A DNA stretch of 64,000 nt from Kiloniellales bacterium (GCA_041617155.1 JBFJPL010000010.1:197-64196); one strand, 5' to 3'. Shown: positions 28,823 through 38,465, counted from the first letter of the stretch. Numbers and translations: made by a program. The notes: generated by a model not told the origin, from the sequence alone.

Positions 28823-28974
28823 GATCGTCCCGCCTGCCCATAATCATGCGTAGTTATGCATTTTCATGTTTTTTCTACAACATTCTCTGGCTATTTGGAA
28901 ATAGTGCAGATTTGTCAAGGCGTCTGGGCCGCCAAACCACACGCTCGCGATTGCGGAACAACGATCCCCTCACC

Positions 28975-29100
28975 ATCGCGCGGCTTCGCCGCGGCCCCCC
29001 TCCCTCTTCCCGGGGAGAGGGGCTAACACACCGAGTCGCAGAAATTTTCCCTCTCCTTGAGGAGAGGGAGGGACCCGCGAATCGGGAGGGGGACGTTGTT
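28975..29100. repeat. REP-like element (family 2)
   Basis: CCCCTCCCTCTTCCC-gg-GGAGAGGGG and CCCTCTCC-ttga-GGAGAGGGAGGG hairpins, of the same type as 27880..28110 and 43590..43745. Confidence 0.55.
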
Positions 29101-29186
29101 CGTCATAGCGGAACGGCAGGTCTGATCAGACGAACTTCACGATCAGGAAACTAGGTTGGGTTCGGGGGGTGAACGCCGGCGCGGCG

Positions 29187-29217
29187 AAAAAAAGACGCCC
29201 GTGCGGGCACGGGCGCC
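29187..29217 (-). terminator. Rho-independent terminator (distal) after the carboxypeptidase gene
   Basis: The minus strand reads GGCGCCCGTG-cccg-CACGGGCGTC followed by TTTTTTT. Confidence 0.7.
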
Positions 29218-29223
29218 TTGCAA

Positions 29224-29244
29224 GAAAACCGGCCGGGGCCGGCT
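29224..29244 (-). terminator. Rho-independent terminator (proximal) after the carboxypeptidase gene
   Basis: The minus strand reads CCGGCC-cc-GGCCGG followed by TTTTCTT, about 20 nt past the stop codon. Confidence 0.6.
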
Positions 29245-29260
29245 TTCCAGGATCATCCGA

Positions 29261-30589
29261 TCATTCGGGTTCGGCTTCCTCCGCCGCCTCTGCTTCCTCG
29301 GAACGCGGGTTGCCGATGAACTCATCGGTGAGGTCGCCCGGCGGCAGCAGCAGGTCGGCTTCGGCCGGGTCTTCGTCGAACAGGCTGCCGTCGGCGGTCG
29401 CCCGCAGCACGGCCTCCAGCAACTCGCGGGCGTTGTTCTTCAGCATGCCGATCGACTTCTGGCCTTGGCCGCGGATCTCGACCAGGATGCTGCCGCCGAC
29501 CGCTCCCGCCTCGCCGGCCGCGATGCGCGCGCTGCCGAGCAGGCCGTAGGCGTTGCGCGCGATACCCGGGAATCCGCCGCCGCGCAGGGCGACGCCGGCG
29601 CTGTTCCGGAACAGGTAATTGGTGAATTCCATGTTGCCGAGCTCCTGCGAGCGCTTCTTCATGACCAGCGTGATCTGCTTGGAGAAGTCCACCGCGTCGG
29701 GATGCACCTCTTCGTTGGTCGGCCACAGGATCGAGCCGGTAATCAGGCGCCCCGCGCGCCCGACCGCAGGATCGACGCCGTCCTGGACCTTGGCGCTGCC
29801 CTGGTTGTGCACGTCGATAACCCAGATCGGCGCATAGGAATCGTAAGCAGCCCGGACGGCGCGCGCCTCGGGCACCGGATTGAGCGCCGGGTCGTAGGGG
29901 TCGGGGTCGAAGCTTCCGGCCGTCAGGTCCGGATTGCACACCACCTGCCAACTCGTTGACCAATCGGGCCAGTGGTAGCGGTTGATGTCGTAGGACGAGA
30001 GCCGACCGAGATCGGGGTCGACGAAAGTCGTCGAAAAGGTCCCGCGCCCCTGGTTCAACTGGCTGGGTATGATATTGCCGTCGTCGTCGAAGCAATCACG
30101 AGAGTCTCGCGGCGGCGTGGCGAAATTGCTGTTGCCGCGGGTGAAGAGTTCCGAGCCGTCCGGGTTGACCCGCGGGACGATCAGCACGAAGAGCTCGCCC
30201 AACACCTCTTGAGCGAAAGAGCCGCCGGAGATCAGTTTCTGGATCAGCTCCACGGCCGCCTCGGTGCCGTGCGGTTCATTGCCGTGCTGCTGCGTGATGA
30301 TCAGCACCGGGGTGTTCGCCGGGTTGCCGAGCTTGGCGAGCCAGACGTCGCGGCCCTGGTTGGTGACCCCGACCGATTCCAGCTCCATCACGCCCTTCGA
30401 ACGCCCCTCGAGCCGTATGAGCTTCTTGACCAGTTGCTCGTAGGACTCGAAGCCTTCGAGCGACACTTCCTGGTCTGGCGTGATCCAGGGGCCGGCCGGC
30501 ACCGACGTTTGCGCGGCGGCGGTCGCCGCAAAACCGCAGCCGACCACGATCGCGCCGGCAAGAGCCAACGTTCCGTTCAACAACTTCAT
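29261..30589 (-). CDS. Secreted M14-family zinc carboxypeptidase
   Basis: Part of ORF 29261..30634. ATG at 30589 is preceded by GGGAGAA. Signal peptide is MKLLNGTLALAGAIVVGCGFAATAAAQ. Motifs QQHGNEPHGTEA (HxxE) and VNPDG are present, with an acidic C-terminal tail. Confidence 0.9.
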   Translation of the reverse strand: MKLLNGTLALAGAIVVGCGFAATAAAQTSVPAGPWITPDQEVSLEGFESYEQLVKKLIRLEGRSKGVMELESVGVTNQGRDVWLAKLGNPANTPVLIITQQHGNEPHGTEAAVELIQKLISGGSFAQEVLGELFVLIVPRVNPDGSELFTRGNSNFATPPRDSRDCFDDDGNIIPSQLNQGRGTFSTTFVDPDLGRLSSYDINRYHWPDWSTSWQVVCNPDLTAGSFDPDPYDPALNPVPEARAVRAAYDSYAPIWVIDVHNQGSAKVQDGVDPAVGRAGRLITGSILWPTNEEVHPDAVDFSKQITLVMKKRSQELGNMEFTNYLFRNSAGVALRGGGFPGIARNAYGLLGSARIAAGEAGAVGGSILVEIRGQGQKSIGMLKNNARELLEAVLRATADGSLFDEDPAEADLLLPPGDLTDEFIGNPRSEEAEAAEEAEPE

Positions 30590-31153
30590 TTGCCATTCTC
30601 CCGAACAGAGCACCCGCCTCGACGGCGTACTCACGGTTGCATGATGTGCCTTCAGAAGGCGCTACAATGGTGTGATTGTTATCGACAGCGGGACAGCAGG
30701 CAATCTCTTTGAGGTTTGGCCGTGCGAAATACAGTTCTCCCGGTGCGAGCGATGGGGTTCGGGCGGCACGAATGCGGCTGAAGAGGCGGTCGCCGCCGAC
30801 GCCAACGAGGGGGCCGCCCCGGGGCGGCCCCCTCTCTCGAGTCTCTGGACTTTCGGCGCCCTCGGTCTGGCCCAGGATCTCGATGTTTCATCCGAGCTTC
30901 CCGGATCGCGCCCGCAATGAATAAAATACGGCAGCACGCTAGCCTGTCGAAGGCGATCAGGCGGTGTCCGGGTCTCGGCGCGTTCGGCGCCTGCCAAGGC
31001 CGGGGACGGTCCGGCCGACCCGCGACGCAAAGGGAAGATTGCCGGTGCCGCGCTCGGATGCGCGGCAGGTGTGGTAATTGCCACAGCGCGGCGCGGCCGG
31101 CGGGCGGATCATGGCGGCCAGGGGTTACGACTTGTCCAGGGAGACGGTTTTTC

Positions 31154-31312
31154 ATGACACGCAGCGAGAAACGCCCGGAGAGATCCACCGGCGGCCGAGA
31201 CGTCATCTCGGCCTGGATCGTTGTGGCGGTGTTGTTGATGGCGCTGGCGTTGGTGCCCGCTTTCAATTCCGTCGTATCCGAAGGCGCGCGCGCGATCGCC
31301 GAGCTTCGCTAG
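31154..31312 (+). CDS. Possible small single-TM protein (52 aa)
   Basis: In-frame ATG within ORF 30917..31312, with GGGAGA 8-9 nt upstream. It has one TM helix (ISAWIVVAVLLMALALVPAF). Weak call. Confidence 0.3.
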   Translation: MTRSEKRPERSTGGRDVISAWIVVAVLLMALALVPAFNSVVSEGARAIAELR

Positions 31313-31620
31313 GCGGACATTGCGGATCGAGCGCCGGCTCGGCTTGATCCGTCCCGACCCGGCGCTTGCTTGCATCCCTCCGAGGCATGCCGCCAGCCGG
31401 TTCCGGCGCACGCCTGCGGCCCGGCATTTGTCGGCGCGGCCTGGCGACCCGAGCCCGCCGCGCGCGAAGAGATCATTTTAAAGGCACGACCCGACGGACC
31501 GCGTGGGCATATCTATGGGCGCGGTCTTGACCTTTCGGCTAAGCTGGACTGAGGTAGGGATCCGGGTGAGCTGCGCTCGCGCGTCGCCCAACCCCGCAAC
31601 CGCGTTGAGGGAGCACCGCC

Positions 31621-32871
31621 ATGAAGCGCACCACTGGTCGCAATTTTCTTTTCGTTCCCGGACCCACCAACATTCCCGATCGGGTGCAGCGCGCCATGTT
31701 GGTCGCGATGGAGGACCACCGCTCCTCGAGATTCCCGGACCTTTCGATGAGCGTGCTGAGCGACCTGAAGCAGGTGTTCAAGACGGACGATGGCCAGGTC
31801 TTCATCTTTCCCTCCTCCGGCACCGGCGCCTGGGAGGCGGCGCTGACCAACACCCTCTCGCCGGGCGACAAGGTGCTGGCCTCGAGCTTCGGCCAGTTCA
31901 GCTACCTGTGGATCGACATGGCCCAGCGGCTCGGCTTCGACGTCGAGGTTCAGGAGGTCGCGTGGGGCGAGGGCGTACCGCTGGCGTGGACCGACGAGGT
32001 GCTGCGCGCCGACAAGAATCACCAGATCAAGGCGATCCTCGCCTGCCACAACGAGACCGCGACCGGCGTGACCAGCGACATCGCCGGGCTGCGCCGGGTG
32101 ATGGACGAGGTCGGCCACCCGGCCCTGCTCTGCGTCGACGCGGTCAGCTCGCTCGCCAGCATCGATTTCTGCATGGACGAGTGGCGCGTCGATCTGGCGG
32201 TCAGCGGCTCGCAGAAGGGCCTGATGCTGCCGGCCGGCCTCGGCATCCTGGCGGTCAGCCGGAAGGCCCTCGAGGCCACGAAAAGTGCCCAATCGAAGCG
32301 CTGCTACTTCGATCTGGCCGACATGATCAACACCAACCCGAGCGGTTACTTTCCCTACACGCCGGCGCTACCGATGCTCTACGGCCTGCGCGAGTCGCTC
32401 GACATCATCTTCGAGGAGGGCCTGGAGGACATCTTCTCGCGCCACAACTACCTGGCCGAAGGAGTGCGCGCCGCGGTCACCGAGGGCTGGCGGCTAAAGC
32501 TCTGCGCCAAGGAGCCCAAGTGGCACTCCGACACGGTGAGCGCGGTGATGCTGCCGCCCGGCATCAACGGCGCGCACATCATCGACGTGGCGTTCCGGCG
32601 CTACAACCTGGCGCTCGGCGCCGGCCTGTCCAAGGTCGCCGGCAAGCTGTTCCGCATCGGCCACCTGGGCGACCTCAACGAGCTCATGCTGATGGGCGCG
32701 ATCGCCGGCGCCGAAATGGCGATGCTCGACGTCGGCGTCGAGGTGCAGCCGGGCAGCGGCGTGGCCGCGGCCTCCAACTACTGGCGCACCCACGACCCGG
32801 TGCCGAAGCGCAAGGTGTCCAAGGAAGAGCAGTTCTACGAGGCCCACTCGACCGGCTCGGTCCACGGCTGA
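31621..32871 (+). CDS. Class V aminotransferase (serine-glyoxylate/alanine-glyoxylate type)
   Basis: 416 aa with FVPGPTNIP, HNETATGV, the PLP-lysine context SGSQKGL and FRIGHLG. Confidence 0.9.
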   Translation: MKRTTGRNFLFVPGPTNIPDRVQRAMLVAMEDHRSSRFPDLSMSVLSDLKQVFKTDDGQVFIFPSSGTGAWEAALTNTLSPGDKVLASSFGQFSYLWIDMAQRLGFDVEVQEVAWGEGVPLAWTDEVLRADKNHQIKAILACHNETATGVTSDIAGLRRVMDEVGHPALLCVDAVSSLASIDFCMDEWRVDLAVSGSQKGLMLPAGLGILAVSRKALEATKSAQSKRCYFDLADMINTNPSGYFPYTPALPMLYGLRESLDIIFEEGLEDIFSRHNYLAEGVRAAVTEGWRLKLCAKEPKWHSDTVSAVMLPPGINGAHIIDVAFRRYNLALGAGLSKVAGKLFRIGHLGDLNELMLMGAIAGAEMAMLDVGVEVQPGSGVAAASNYWRTHDPVPKRKVSKEEQFYEAHSTGSVHG

Positions 32872-32955
32872 CCGGCCCGGCCGCTTTTCCGGCCGAGGGT
32901 TTGGCGATCGCTCGGCGCATGGCATTGCAGCGGCCGATCTGGTTGGTTCGTCCTT

Positions 32956-34170
32956 ATGGTCAAGACCGCTTTCGTGACCGGCGCCACGGGCTTTCTGGGG
33001 CGCAATCTGGTCGAGCAGCTAGAGCCGGACTGGGAAGTGGTCGCGCTGCACAGGCCGAGCTCGGACGTGAGCGCGCTCGGCACGCGTGCCGTACGATGGG
33101 TGGCGGGAGACCTGCTCGACCCGGCCTGCCTGGGACGGGCCATTCCCGGCCGCGTCGACGCGGTCTTTCACCTGGCCGCCGACACCTCGTTCTGGTCGCG
33201 CCACAATGCCCGACAGACGCGGGTGAACGTCGAGGGTACGGCCAACGTCCTGGAGGCCGCGCTGGCGGCACGGGCCAGGCGCTTCGTGCACACCTCGACC
33301 TGGAACACCTACGGCCTGGAGCAGGGCCAGCTGAGCGAGGCGACGCCGCAGCTTGGGGGCAGCTCCTGGATCAACTACAACCGCACCAAGTTCCTGGCCG
33401 AGCAGCAGGTCCGCGACGCCGTGAAGCGCGGCCTCGAGGCGGTGATCGTGAACCCCTGCCACATCATGGGCCGCTACGACAGGCACGGCTGGGCGCGGCT
33501 GATCATCGACCTGTGCAACCGGTGGATTCCGGCGGCGCCGCCGGGCGCCGGCACCTTCTGCCACGGCGAACAGGTCGCGAAAGCCCACATCGCCGCGGCC
33601 GAACGCGGCCAGGCGGGCCAGAACTATCTGCTCGGCGGCGCCTTCGCCTCGCTGCTCGAGGTCTTCCGGACGATCGCCGAGGTCACCGGCTGCCGGGCTC
33701 CGAAGATCACCTTGCCCGCCGGCGCCTTCCGCCTGGCGGCGCGGCTCAACGTTCTGCTGGCGGCCGTGACCGGAAGCGAACCCGAGTTGACTCCGGAGGG
33801 CGTCGAAATGGTGAGCGTCAGCGCCAAAGTCGTCTCGACGCTGGCCGAGCGGGAACTCGGCTATCGCCCGGTGCCGCTCGAGACCATGATCGAGGACAGC
33901 TATGGCTGGCTCGAGGCCGAGGGCCTTGTGCGCCGCTCAGCCGAATCGCGGCCCGGCGGCCAGCGCGCGGCCGGCGCGGCGTTAGTCGGTGGGAAGACGG
34001 ACGCGAATGGCCGCGCGCTTGAAATAGAAGTAGAGAAGCGAGCTGTCGGCGGCGGCAAAGAAACACCAGACCGAGACGAAGGCCGCGAGATAGAGGTAGG
34101 CGGAGACCAGGAAACCGACCAGGACGATCGCACCGAAGACCTGGATGATTCTGTGCGAGGAAAGCAGTAA
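32956..34170 (+). CDS. NAD-dependent epimerase/dehydratase family protein (3' end questionable)
   Basis: Motifs VTGATGFLGRNLV and a catalytic YxxxK context (YNRTKFLAE) are present. The recognisable domain ends near 33925. The frame then stays open for about 80 low-complexity codons and overlaps the convergent gene 33982..34635. Confidence 0.8.
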   Translation: MVKTAFVTGATGFLGRNLVEQLEPDWEVVALHRPSSDVSALGTRAVRWVAGDLLDPACLGRAIPGRVDAVFHLAADTSFWSRHNARQTRVNVEGTANVLEAALAARARRFVHTSTWNTYGLEQGQLSEATPQLGGSSWINYNRTKFLAEQQVRDAVKRGLEAVIVNPCHIMGRYDRHGWARLIIDLCNRWIPAAPPGAGTFCHGEQVAKAHIAAAERGQAGQNYLLGGAFASLLEVFRTIAEVTGCRAPKITLPAGAFRLAARLNVLLAAVTGSEPELTPEGVEMVSVSAKVVSTLAERELGYRPVPLETMIEDSYGWLEAEGLVRRSAESRPGGQRAAGAALVGGKTDANGRALEIEVEKRAVGGGKETPDRDEGREIEVGGDQETDQDDRTEDLDDSVRGKQ

Positions 34171-34635
34171 TGCGCCGCAGCTGCAAAGGAGGTAGGGAAT
34201 CTGCTGCCAGGTTATCGCCTCCACGTCGCTCGTGTAGCTGATGCTGTGGCCGCGGATGGCGGCGACGGACGGGTCGCCGAGAAGACCGACCAGGAGATAG
34301 CCCGAGAGCACGGACCCGATGACCGCGATCGCTGAGAGAACCTGCCGACGGCGGCGATCTGGTTCGATCAGCAGCACGGCGAGCGCGGCGTAGATCGGCC
34401 AAAAAACCTTGGCGAAAATCAGAAAGGCGAAGGAAAGCGCGGCCACTTTCGCGCTGTCGCTCTCGCCGGACAATTGCAGCCACAGAACGCCCTCGATCGC
34501 TTGCTGGCTAGTGAACAGCAGTGGCACGATCGCCAGAGGAAGTTCCCGCGGCTGCTTGACATGCTTGATGGCCGCGAGGCCGATCACCGCGGTGGTCGCG
34601 GCGATGGAGAAGCTTGCGGTTGCCGAGAAGCACAT
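33982..34635 (-). CDS. Multi-TM membrane protein (DUF6629-like, from memory)
   Basis: 217 aa starting MCFSATASFSIAATTAV, with about 6 hydrophobic helices. Confidence 0.7.
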   Translation of the reverse strand: MCFSATASFSIAATTAVIGLAAIKHVKQPRELPLAIVPLLFTSQQAIEGVLWLQLSGESDSAKVAALSFAFLIFAKVFWPIYAALAVLLIEPDRRRRQVLSAIAVIGSVLSGYLLVGLLGDPSVAAIRGHSISYTSDVEAITWQQIPYLLCSCGALLLSSHRIIQVFGAIVLVGFLVSAYLYLAAFVSVWCFFAAADSSLLYFYFKRAAIRVRLPTD

Positions 34636-34965
34636 GACAGCGGCGCCTCGCGCACAGGGACGAGCCCGCGTTCGATCCGGATGTGGCTAAGAACGGGCGC
34701 GAGAGCCAGCGGTTGCTGAGCGGCGATCCATACCACAAGGCCGGCGACGAATCGATAGCGCCTGGTGGGCGCAACCGGCCGAGGCCGAATCCGGGGCGCT
34801 GCCGTGGGTCCCCGCAGCCGGCCTTGCGAGGCTGCGGATATTGCCGGGCATCGACAAGCCAGGAGCAGGGGCGACGCTTGCGGCGTTTGCGCCGGCGTCC
34901 GGCTCGGTCGATTGGACGCCTAGCGAGCGAAATGATCTGGCGCCGTCGTTCGTGCGTATGGAAAG

Positions 34966-35565
34966 ATGGTCATTTACGATTGGGACGCCTCGACCATGTT
35001 CGCACGACTCTTCGTTACGCTGGTCGCCCTCTTCGCGGCTTGCGCCGTCGCCGCCGGCGAGGCGAACCAATCCGCCCACGATTTCGCTTTCACCTCGATC
35101 GAGGGCGAGCCTTTGCCGTTGTCGCGTTTCAAAGGCAAGGTGGTGCTCGTCGTGAACACGGCCTCGCGCTGTGGTTTCACCCATCAGTATGGTGATCTCC
35201 AGGCGGTCTGGGAGCGCTACCGGGACCGCGGGCTGGTCGTGCTCGGCGTGCCGTCGAACGACTTCGGCAATCAAGAGCCGGGGACGGAAGCCGAGATCAA
35301 GAACTTCTGCGAGGTCAATTTCGCCGTCGATTTTCCCATGACCGCCAAGGTCCAGGTGACCGGAGAGGCGGCGCACCCCTTTTACAAATGGGCGGCGCGA
35401 GACGCCGGGCCCGACGGCCAGCCGCGCTGGAACTTCCACAAGTACCTGATCGGCCCCGACGGTCGCCTCGCCGATTGGTTTTCGACCCCGACGGCGCCGA
35501 CCTCGAGCGAGGTGACGGGCGTCATCGAAGCGCAGCTTTCGCGAGCCGCCGGCGGCGGCGGATGA
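34966..35565 (+). CDS. Glutathione peroxidase (Cys type)
   Basis: Motifs LVVNTASRCGFT, LGVPSNDFGNQEPG and WNFHKYL are present. The start may instead be ATG 34996 (MFARLFVTLVALFAACAVAA signal). Confidence 0.9.
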   Translation: MVIYDWDASTMFARLFVTLVALFAACAVAAGEANQSAHDFAFTSIEGEPLPLSRFKGKVVLVVNTASRCGFTHQYGDLQAVWERYRDRGLVVLGVPSNDFGNQEPGTEAEIKNFCEVNFAVDFPMTAKVQVTGEAAHPFYKWAARDAGPDGQPRWNFHKYLIGPDGRLADWFSTPTAPTSSEVTGVIEAQLSRAAGGGG

Positions 35566-36266
35566 TCCGCGCCGGAGGGCCGAAATCTATGCTCCCTCGA
35601 CAGCGGGCGTGGCTTCGGAGGCTGGCTGCGGCTCGCCCCAACCTTGGTCTGGGTGCCGCCATGATCGGCCGACGCGCGCGTCGCGGTCCAAGGTCGGCCG
35701 GTCTTCCGGTTCTGGCCGCGGCTTTGGCGGTTCTTGTCTGCACCGCGCAGGGACTGTCGGCCGCGGAAACGGCGGAACTTTGGAGCGCGCTCCGTTCGGG
35801 CGGTCATGTCGCCTTGTTGCGCCATGCGATCGCGCCCGGCACCGGCGATCCGCCGGGCTTCGCGCTGGGCGACTGCGGTACGCAAAGGAACCTGTCCGAT
35901 GAGGGGCGGGTCCAGGCCGAGCGTATCGGCGCCCGCTTTGCCGCCAACGGCATAGCACAGGCGGAAGTATTCTCCAGCCAGTGGTGCCGCTGCCTCGAGA
36001 CCGCGCAACTGCTTGGGCTCGGCTCGGTCGAGCAGCTGCCTGTTCTCAACTCCTTCTTTCAACGCGCCGAACGCCGGGACCGGCAGACCCGAGCGCTCGA
36101 GACGTGGCTCGCCGGCCGAGCGCTCGACCGGCCGCTCGTGCTGGTCACCCATCAGGTCAATATCTCCGCTTTGACCGGCGTCTTTCCCGCTTCGGGCGAG
36201 CTGGTGGTCCTGCGCCGGTCCGAAAACGGCGCGCTATCGGTCGTCGGCTCGATCGAGACGGATTGA
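35562..36266 (+). CDS. Histidine phosphatase superfamily protein (secreted?)
   Basis: Part of ORF 35388..36266. ATG at 35562 overlaps the gpx stop (ATGA). The catalytic motif is ALLRHAIAPG. A signal-like segment LPVLAAALAVLVCTAQG is present. Confidence 0.75.
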   Translation: MIRAGGPKSMLPRQRAWLRRLAAARPNLGLGAAMIGRRARRGPRSAGLPVLAAALAVLVCTAQGLSAAETAELWSALRSGGHVALLRHAIAPGTGDPPGFALGDCGTQRNLSDEGRVQAERIGARFAANGIAQAEVFSSQWCRCLETAQLLGLGSVEQLPVLNSFFQRAERRDRQTRALETWLAGRALDRPLVLVTHQVNISALTGVFPASGELVVLRRSENGALSVVGSIETD

Positions 36267-36273
36267 GCAGACG

Positions 36274-36774
36274 GTGCTGGGGCCGGAGAGAAAGCATCGC
36301 GGCAGGGCCAAGGACCTGCTCGGGCTCGCCCTGTTCGTGGCCGGCTGTCTGGCGGTCTCGGGCATCGGCGGGGCGATCACGGCGACCAGCGTCGGCACCT
36401 GGTACCAAGCGCTCCAGAAACCGCCCTTCAACCCGCCCGACTGGGTCTTCGCGCCGGTCTGGACGACGCTTTATCTCTTGATGGCGATCGCGGGCTGGCG
36501 CGTCTGGCGCGGTGCGGAACCAAAGGCCGGCCGGCTGGCCCTGGCGGTCTTCGCCGGGCAGCTCGGATTGAACCTTGCCTGGTCGTGGCTGTTCTTCGGC
36601 TTGCGGCGGGTCGATCTGGCGCTGGCCGAAGTGGTGATTTTGCTACTCGCGATCATCGCCACGGCTGGCCTGTTCTGGCGGATCGACCGATGGGCGGCGG
36701 CGCTTCTGGTGCCTTATGGGCTCTGGGTCGGTTACGCCACGCTACTCAACGCCTCGCTTTGGTTGCTGAACTAG
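36274..36774 (+). CDS. tspO: TspO/MBR tryptophan-rich sensory protein
   Basis: 166 aa (GTG start) with WYQALQKPPFNPPDWVFAPVWTTLYLLM, LNLAWSWLFF and LVPYGLWVGYATLLN. Confidence 0.9.
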   Translation: MLGPERKHRGRAKDLLGLALFVAGCLAVSGIGGAITATSVGTWYQALQKPPFNPPDWVFAPVWTTLYLLMAIAGWRVWRGAEPKAGRLALAVFAGQLGLNLAWSWLFFGLRRVDLALAEVVILLLAIIATAGLFWRIDRWAAALLVPYGLWVGYATLLNASLWLLN

Positions 36775-36853
36775 CCCTGGCGAGAAAACCCTGGTTTGGC
36801 GACCGACCCGGCCGACCTTGCGGCGCTTTGGCCGGCGGCTCATATTGTTCTGC

Positions 36854-37837
36854 ATGGACAAAGGACGAGCAGGGGCGGTGGACCAGGACGCGGCCGGCGG
36901 CGCGCCGGTCAGGACGGTCCGGCGGGCCCGGCCCAAGGCGGCCGATCCGGTGGCGCGCGCGGGGTTTCTGCTGGCGCCCGACCCGGACGATCCCAAGCTG
37001 ACCGAACGGGTCCGCGGCGTCGACCACGAGGGCCAGGCGATCGAGACCGCCGTGGTGGTCGAACGGCCGCTCACGTTGTTCCTGAACGGCCAGGAGATCG
37101 TCACCATGATGACGATCGGCGATTATCCGGACTACCTGGCGCTCGGCTTCCTGATCAACCAGAACATGCTCAAGCCCGACGACGTGGTCACCGCGGTCGA
37201 GCACGACGCGGAGCTGGAAGTCGTCGTGGTGCGCACCGAGCGCCCGACCAACTACGAAGAGAAGCTCAAGAAGAAGGTGCGCACCTCGGGCTGCGCCCAG
37301 GGCACGGTGTTCGGCGACCTGATGGAGAAGTTCGACCAGGTCGCGCTGCCCAAGGACGCCCGGCTCAAGACCTCCTGGCTCTACGAGCTGACCCGCCAGA
37401 TCAACACGGTGCCCAGCCTCTACCTGGGCGCCGGGGCGATCCACGGCTGCGTGCTGTGCCAGGGCGACCGGCCGCTGGTCTACATGGAGGACGTCGGGCG
37501 GCACAACGCGGTCGACAAGATCGCCGGCTACATGTTCCGCCACCGGATCCGGCCCGAGGACAAGATCTTCTACACCACCGGGCGCCTGACCTCGGAGATG
37601 GTCATCAAGACCGTGCAGATGGGCATCCCGATCCTGATCTCGCGCTCCGGCTTCACCGCCTGGGGCGTCGACCTGGCGCGCCGGGCGAACCTCACCTTGA
37701 TCGGCCGGGCCAGGGGCCGGCGCTTCATCGCGCTTTCCGGCGAAGAGCGCATCGTGTTTGACGGCGACCCAGGCCAGGCCGCCGAGGAGGAGCCGCGCCA
37801 CCAGCGCAAGGCCGCCCGCGACGACGATGGCGGGTGA
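36854..37837 (+). CDS. fdhD: Formate dehydrogenase accessory sulfurtransferase FdhD
   Basis: Part of ORF 36818..37837. The start is uncertain (ATG 36854 or GTG 36908). Motifs ERPLTLFLNG, VGRHNAVDKIAG and ISRSGFT are present. Confidence 0.85.
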   Translation: MDKGRAGAVDQDAAGGAPVRTVRRARPKAADPVARAGFLLAPDPDDPKLTERVRGVDHEGQAIETAVVVERPLTLFLNGQEIVTMMTIGDYPDYLALGFLINQNMLKPDDVVTAVEHDAELEVVVVRTERPTNYEEKLKKKVRTSGCAQGTVFGDLMEKFDQVALPKDARLKTSWLYELTRQINTVPSLYLGAGAIHGCVLCQGDRPLVYMEDVGRHNAVDKIAGYMFRHRIRPEDKIFYTTGRLTSEMVIKTVQMGIPILISRSGFTAWGVDLARRANLTLIGRARGRRFIALSGEERIVFDGDPGQAAEEEPRHQRKAARDDDGG

Positions 37838-38462
37838 ATCGCCCGCGGTCGCCGGGGTGCTCATGGCGGGCGGACTGTCCAGGCGCATGGGCGGCGGCGA
37901 CAAGTGCCTGAGGCCCCTGGCCGGGCGGCCGATCCTGGCCCATATCGTCGCGCGGGTCGCCCCGCAGGTCGGCGCCCTGGTGCTCAATGCCAACGGCGAC
38001 CCGGGCCGCTTCGAGGCCTTCGGCCTGCCGGTCGCGGCCGATGTGGTCGAGGGCTTCGCAGGTCCCCTGGCCGGGGTGCTGACCGGCCTGGAATGGGCGG
38101 AACGGCACGCGCCGGGTTGTCGATGGGTCGCCAGCTTCGCCTGCGACGCGCCCTTTCTGCCGCTCGACCTGGTGGCGCGCCTGCTGGCCGCGGTCGAGGC
38201 CGAGGGCGCGGACCTCGCCTGCGCCAGCTCAAAGGGCCGGGCGCATCCGGTCTTCGGGCTCTGGCCGCTGGCGCTCAAGAACGATCTCGCCCGGGCCATG
38301 GGCGATGAGCAGCTGCGCAAGGTCGACGTCTGGACCGCGCGCCACAAGCTGGCCACGGTCGACTTCGCCGAGGTCGCGACTGCCGCCGGGCCGCTCGACC
38401 CCTTCTTCAACACCAACCGCCCGGAAGACTTGGCGGAAGCCGAGCGCCTCGCCGAGGTGTAA
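37827..38462 (+). CDS. mobA: Molybdenum cofactor guanylyltransferase
   Basis: Part of ORF 37758..38462. ATG at 37827 overlaps the fdhD 3' end. Motifs LMAGGLSRRMGGGDK, AGPLAG and CDAPFLP are present. Confidence 0.9.
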   Translation: MAGESPAVAGVLMAGGLSRRMGGGDKCLRPLAGRPILAHIVARVAPQVGALVLNANGDPGRFEAFGLPVAADVVEGFAGPLAGVLTGLEWAERHAPGCRWVASFACDAPFLPLDLVARLLAAVEAEGADLACASSKGRAHPVFGLWPLALKNDLARAMGDEQLRKVDVWTARHKLATVDFAEVATAAGPLDPFFNTNRPEDLAEAERLAEV

Positions 38463-38465
38463 TAT

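Noticed and set aside
27887-29100. Clustered GGAGAGGG/CCCTCTCC hairpins considered as a CRISPR-like array.
   Set aside because: The repeats are imperfect, self-complementary and irregularly spaced, and they are scattered across different intergenic sites. There are no cas genes. This is consistent with REP/MITE elements instead.
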